In this document: positions 61,851 through 64,000 of the stretch, in pieces
How positions within the stretch are numbered: position 1 is the stretch's first letter
Layout: every line of letters begins with the position of its first letter
Assembly: GCA_048938855.1 (NCBI GenBank)
Contig: JBHLLT010000004.1
Coordinates: forward strand, 32,001 to 96,000
Length of the DNA: 64,000 bases
DNA from: Promethearchaeota archaeon
GTDB lineage: Archaea > Asgardarchaeota > Lokiarchaeia > Sigyniarchaeales > SOKP01
Direction of reading: 5' to 3'
Notes under the pieces: model-generated
Told to the model about the DNA's origin: nothing
The model's input: the letters and a program-made list of their open reading frames with translations, nothing else
The model's database searches: none
Program-made: the position numbers and the translations under genes

Positions 61851-61990
61851 TTCAATATCACCTTTCTTTTTTTTTTTGTTTTAAATATTGTAAAAAAAAA
61901 CTTATGAACTAATAATTAATTCTTTGTATCGTTGTCTCATTTTTAAAAATACATAAAAATAAATAGCCTAAACTAGATTATTAAGTTGGT

Positions 61991-62497
61991 TTGAGGACAA
62001 ATATCATATCTCAGAAATATGGTTGGTATTTAGCAAGAATTAATGCGAGTATTGAAAAATTTGCGAATATAGTCGCTACTAGTTTTAAAACTATAGGAAA
62101 ATACAATCTAAAACCTGGTCAATATATAAAAATCAGAAATTTCAATAACGTACACTCTGAGATTGAATATTTGGATAAATTCATCTTATTACCTTATTTT
62201 AAAGAATTTATTGAGAATTATTTAGTATTACACGACGTCATTCAATCAATCACAAAAACAACATATCATTACGTCGATAAGGAATATTTTAATGTGGTTA
62301 CTAAATTACTAAACACCTTTTTTCAAGAACGAAATAATAAAAGGGGGGTAGTGATAAAAGAATTCCTCGAATTTGATAACCAAGAGACATCCCAAATGGA
62401 TATCGCCATGCCTGAATCATGGTTAAATGAAAATAGCGTAGATTTAGGAGATATTGTGCTCCTAAGAAATGATGTGGCTTCTCCCGTTATTTATTAG
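61991..62497 (+). CDS. Hypothetical protein
   Basis: 168-aa ORF with TTG start; no motif recognised with confidence. Confidence 0.55.
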   Translation: MRTNIISQKYGWYLARINASIEKFANIVATSFKTIGKYNLKPGQYIKIRNFNNVHSEIEYLDKFILLPYFKEFIENYLVLHDVIQSITKTTYHYVDKEYFNVVTKLLNTFFQERNNKRGVVIKEFLEFDNQETSQMDIAMPESWLNENSVDLGDIVLLRNDVASPVIY

Positions 62498-62767
62498 TTT
62501 GATCAGAGTCAGCCTCTTCCTCCAGGATCTTCCCTACAGATACCTAACTAAAAAATATTTCCAGCAACCATTGAAGATGTGACAACTACAAGGCATTATA
62601 TTATGAAAAAATTTTCACCTACCTAGTAATAGTTAGTAATTTCTTCAATTTTGACTTGATATTTAATTGTCTATTATAATAGGGCTATCTTAAGCAAATG
62701 TCAAATAATTCAAATGGTGCATTGAATTAATTATAACTTTATAAATAGTTGCAACCTATTAAAATAC

Positions 62768-64000
62768 ATGTCGAAAGTAGACGCATTTATTAAAAAAAAA
62801 GATGAAGAATACGAGGAAAAAACTCTAAGATCTAAACGATACCAATGGTACATAGTTATTTTCATGGGATTAGTAGGTTTTCTTGATAACAACCTAAATT
62901 TAATGGAAGGTCAAGTTCTACCTTTTATACTTGATGAATTAATTCCTTGGATAGCTGATGATACTGCCCAAAGATTTTTCTTTGGTATATGGCAAGGAAT
63001 TTTTGGGATAGCAACATTTTCGGTCTTCATATTATCTTGGTTTACAGATGCGTTTGGAAGAAAAAAAGGAACATTCGTATTATTGCTTTTAATGGGAATT
63101 CCAGCAATTTTGATAGTTCTCTTAACACCAACCATTTGGAGTTTTTACGTTTTATATACTATCCTTATAACCGGTACAGTAAGTAATTTATGGGAGATAC
63201 CTGTAAGTGAGGAATCACCTGCTAAGAAAAGAGCTTTATATGGAGGTATTGCAACCTTAATAAGCCTTATTCCGATTGCTGCTCTTATAGGAGATGACAT
63301 TGCAGATGCATTAGGTTGGAGATGGAGTTATGGTATATTCTTTTTTGTTATGATAGTACTATTAATTATGCTATATTTCATGAAAGAACCTAAGAGATGG
63401 GTTGATGCTAAAGAAAAAGGTAAAGGCTATCTTAAAATGAAACAAGCGTTAAAATCATTCAATAAAAAAGATTGGACATATGCCTTAATGTCATTTGTAG
63501 TTTATGGTATATGGGCAATTGGTTTAAAAATAGGAAACACATGGGCACGCGAATACTATATTGCCATTGCGTCTCCCTGGGTAGCTCAATGGAGTATGAT
63601 TATCATGATCGCAGGTTTTATGCTTTTATTAGGTGCCATAGTATCTGGTATTGTTATGGAGAGGGTATCAAGAAAAGTGACTCTGATTTTTAGTACTATC
63701 GGTTCATCATTGGGATTTATTATATTTGGACTTACTAGCCATCCTGCTTTCTTGTGGTTAGCCTACTTCTCGATGACAGTTTTATTTACCTGGATTATGG
63801 TTTATTTTACTGAGGTATTTCGAACAGAAATTAGAACTACTGGAATGGGTATAGCTTCATTAGGTACAAGAATTTCTTATGTAACTGGTCCATTAATTGC
63901 TGCAGCATTATTATTAACAAATTGGATAATGTTCTGGGTTATTCCAGGATTACTATTATTAATTCCTCTTTTGATATTAATATTAAAACCATATGAAACA
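62768..64000 (+). CDS. MFS transporter; runs off the window end
   Basis: Manual translation gives MSKVDAFIKKKDEE...SWFTDAFGRKKG (motif A)...SEESPAKKRA...LGWRW...EVFRTEIRTTG. The frame stays open to 64000; not in the ORF track. Confidence 0.9.
   Translation, partial: MSKVDAFIKKKDEEYEEKTLRSKRYQWYIVIFMGLVGFLDNNLNLMEGQVLPFILDELIPWIADDTAQRFFFGIWQGIFGIATFSVFILSWFTDAFGRKKGTFVLLLLMGIPAILIVLLTPTIWSFYVLYTILITGTVSNLWEIPVSEESPAKKRALYGGIATLISLIPIAALIGDDIADALGWRWSYGIFFFVMIVLLIMLYFMKEPKRWVDAKEKGKGYLKMKQALKSFNKKDWTYALMSFVVYGIWAIGLKIGNTWAREYYIAIASPWVAQWSMIIMIAGFMLLLGAIVSGIVMERVSRKVTLIFSTIGSSLGFIIFGLTSHPAFLWLAYFSMTVLFTWIMVYFTEVFRTEIRTTGMGIASLGTRISYVTGPLIAAALLLTNWIMFWVIPGLLLLIPLLILILKPYET

Noticed and set aside
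62498-62760. Possible small gene or ncRNA between the hypothetical gene and the MFS gene
   Set aside because: Only very short frames and no convincing secondary structure.

Overview
AT-rich, gene-dense chromosomal window that looks like an Asgard archaeon, most likely Lokiarchaeia. The evidence is archaeal uS15/eS1, an ESCRT cluster (Vps2/24/46-like ESCRT-III, Vps4, Vps25, Vps22/36) next to a Rab-like GTPase, several longin/roadblock-like proteins, a short histone-fold gene and an intron-containing tRNA. Other content: a 16-kb five-gene type VII (MacB/FtsX-like) ABC transporter operon that also encodes a membrane-anchored subtilisin with a cytoplasmic double Zn ribbon; RNase III; lipid-degradation enzymes; nickel-pincer (LarB/LarC) genes with NikR; Nip7/Nop2; tRNA-Val(GAC) and tRNA-Gly(GCC). 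The main find is in the metallo-beta-lactamase-fold gene at 59773-60453. It is interrupted by a 30-nt, stop-codon-containing insert (60320-60349) that folds with its flanks into a bulge-helix-bulge (BHB) motif. Cutting at the standard tRNA-splicing-endonuclease positions restores the reading frame (P-M-H-N-W), so this is a candidate tRNA-type intron in an Asgard mRNA. Two genes also appear to need non-canonical start codons. I saw no CRISPR array, rRNA or intact mobile element. All calls come from motif reading; no database searches were run.
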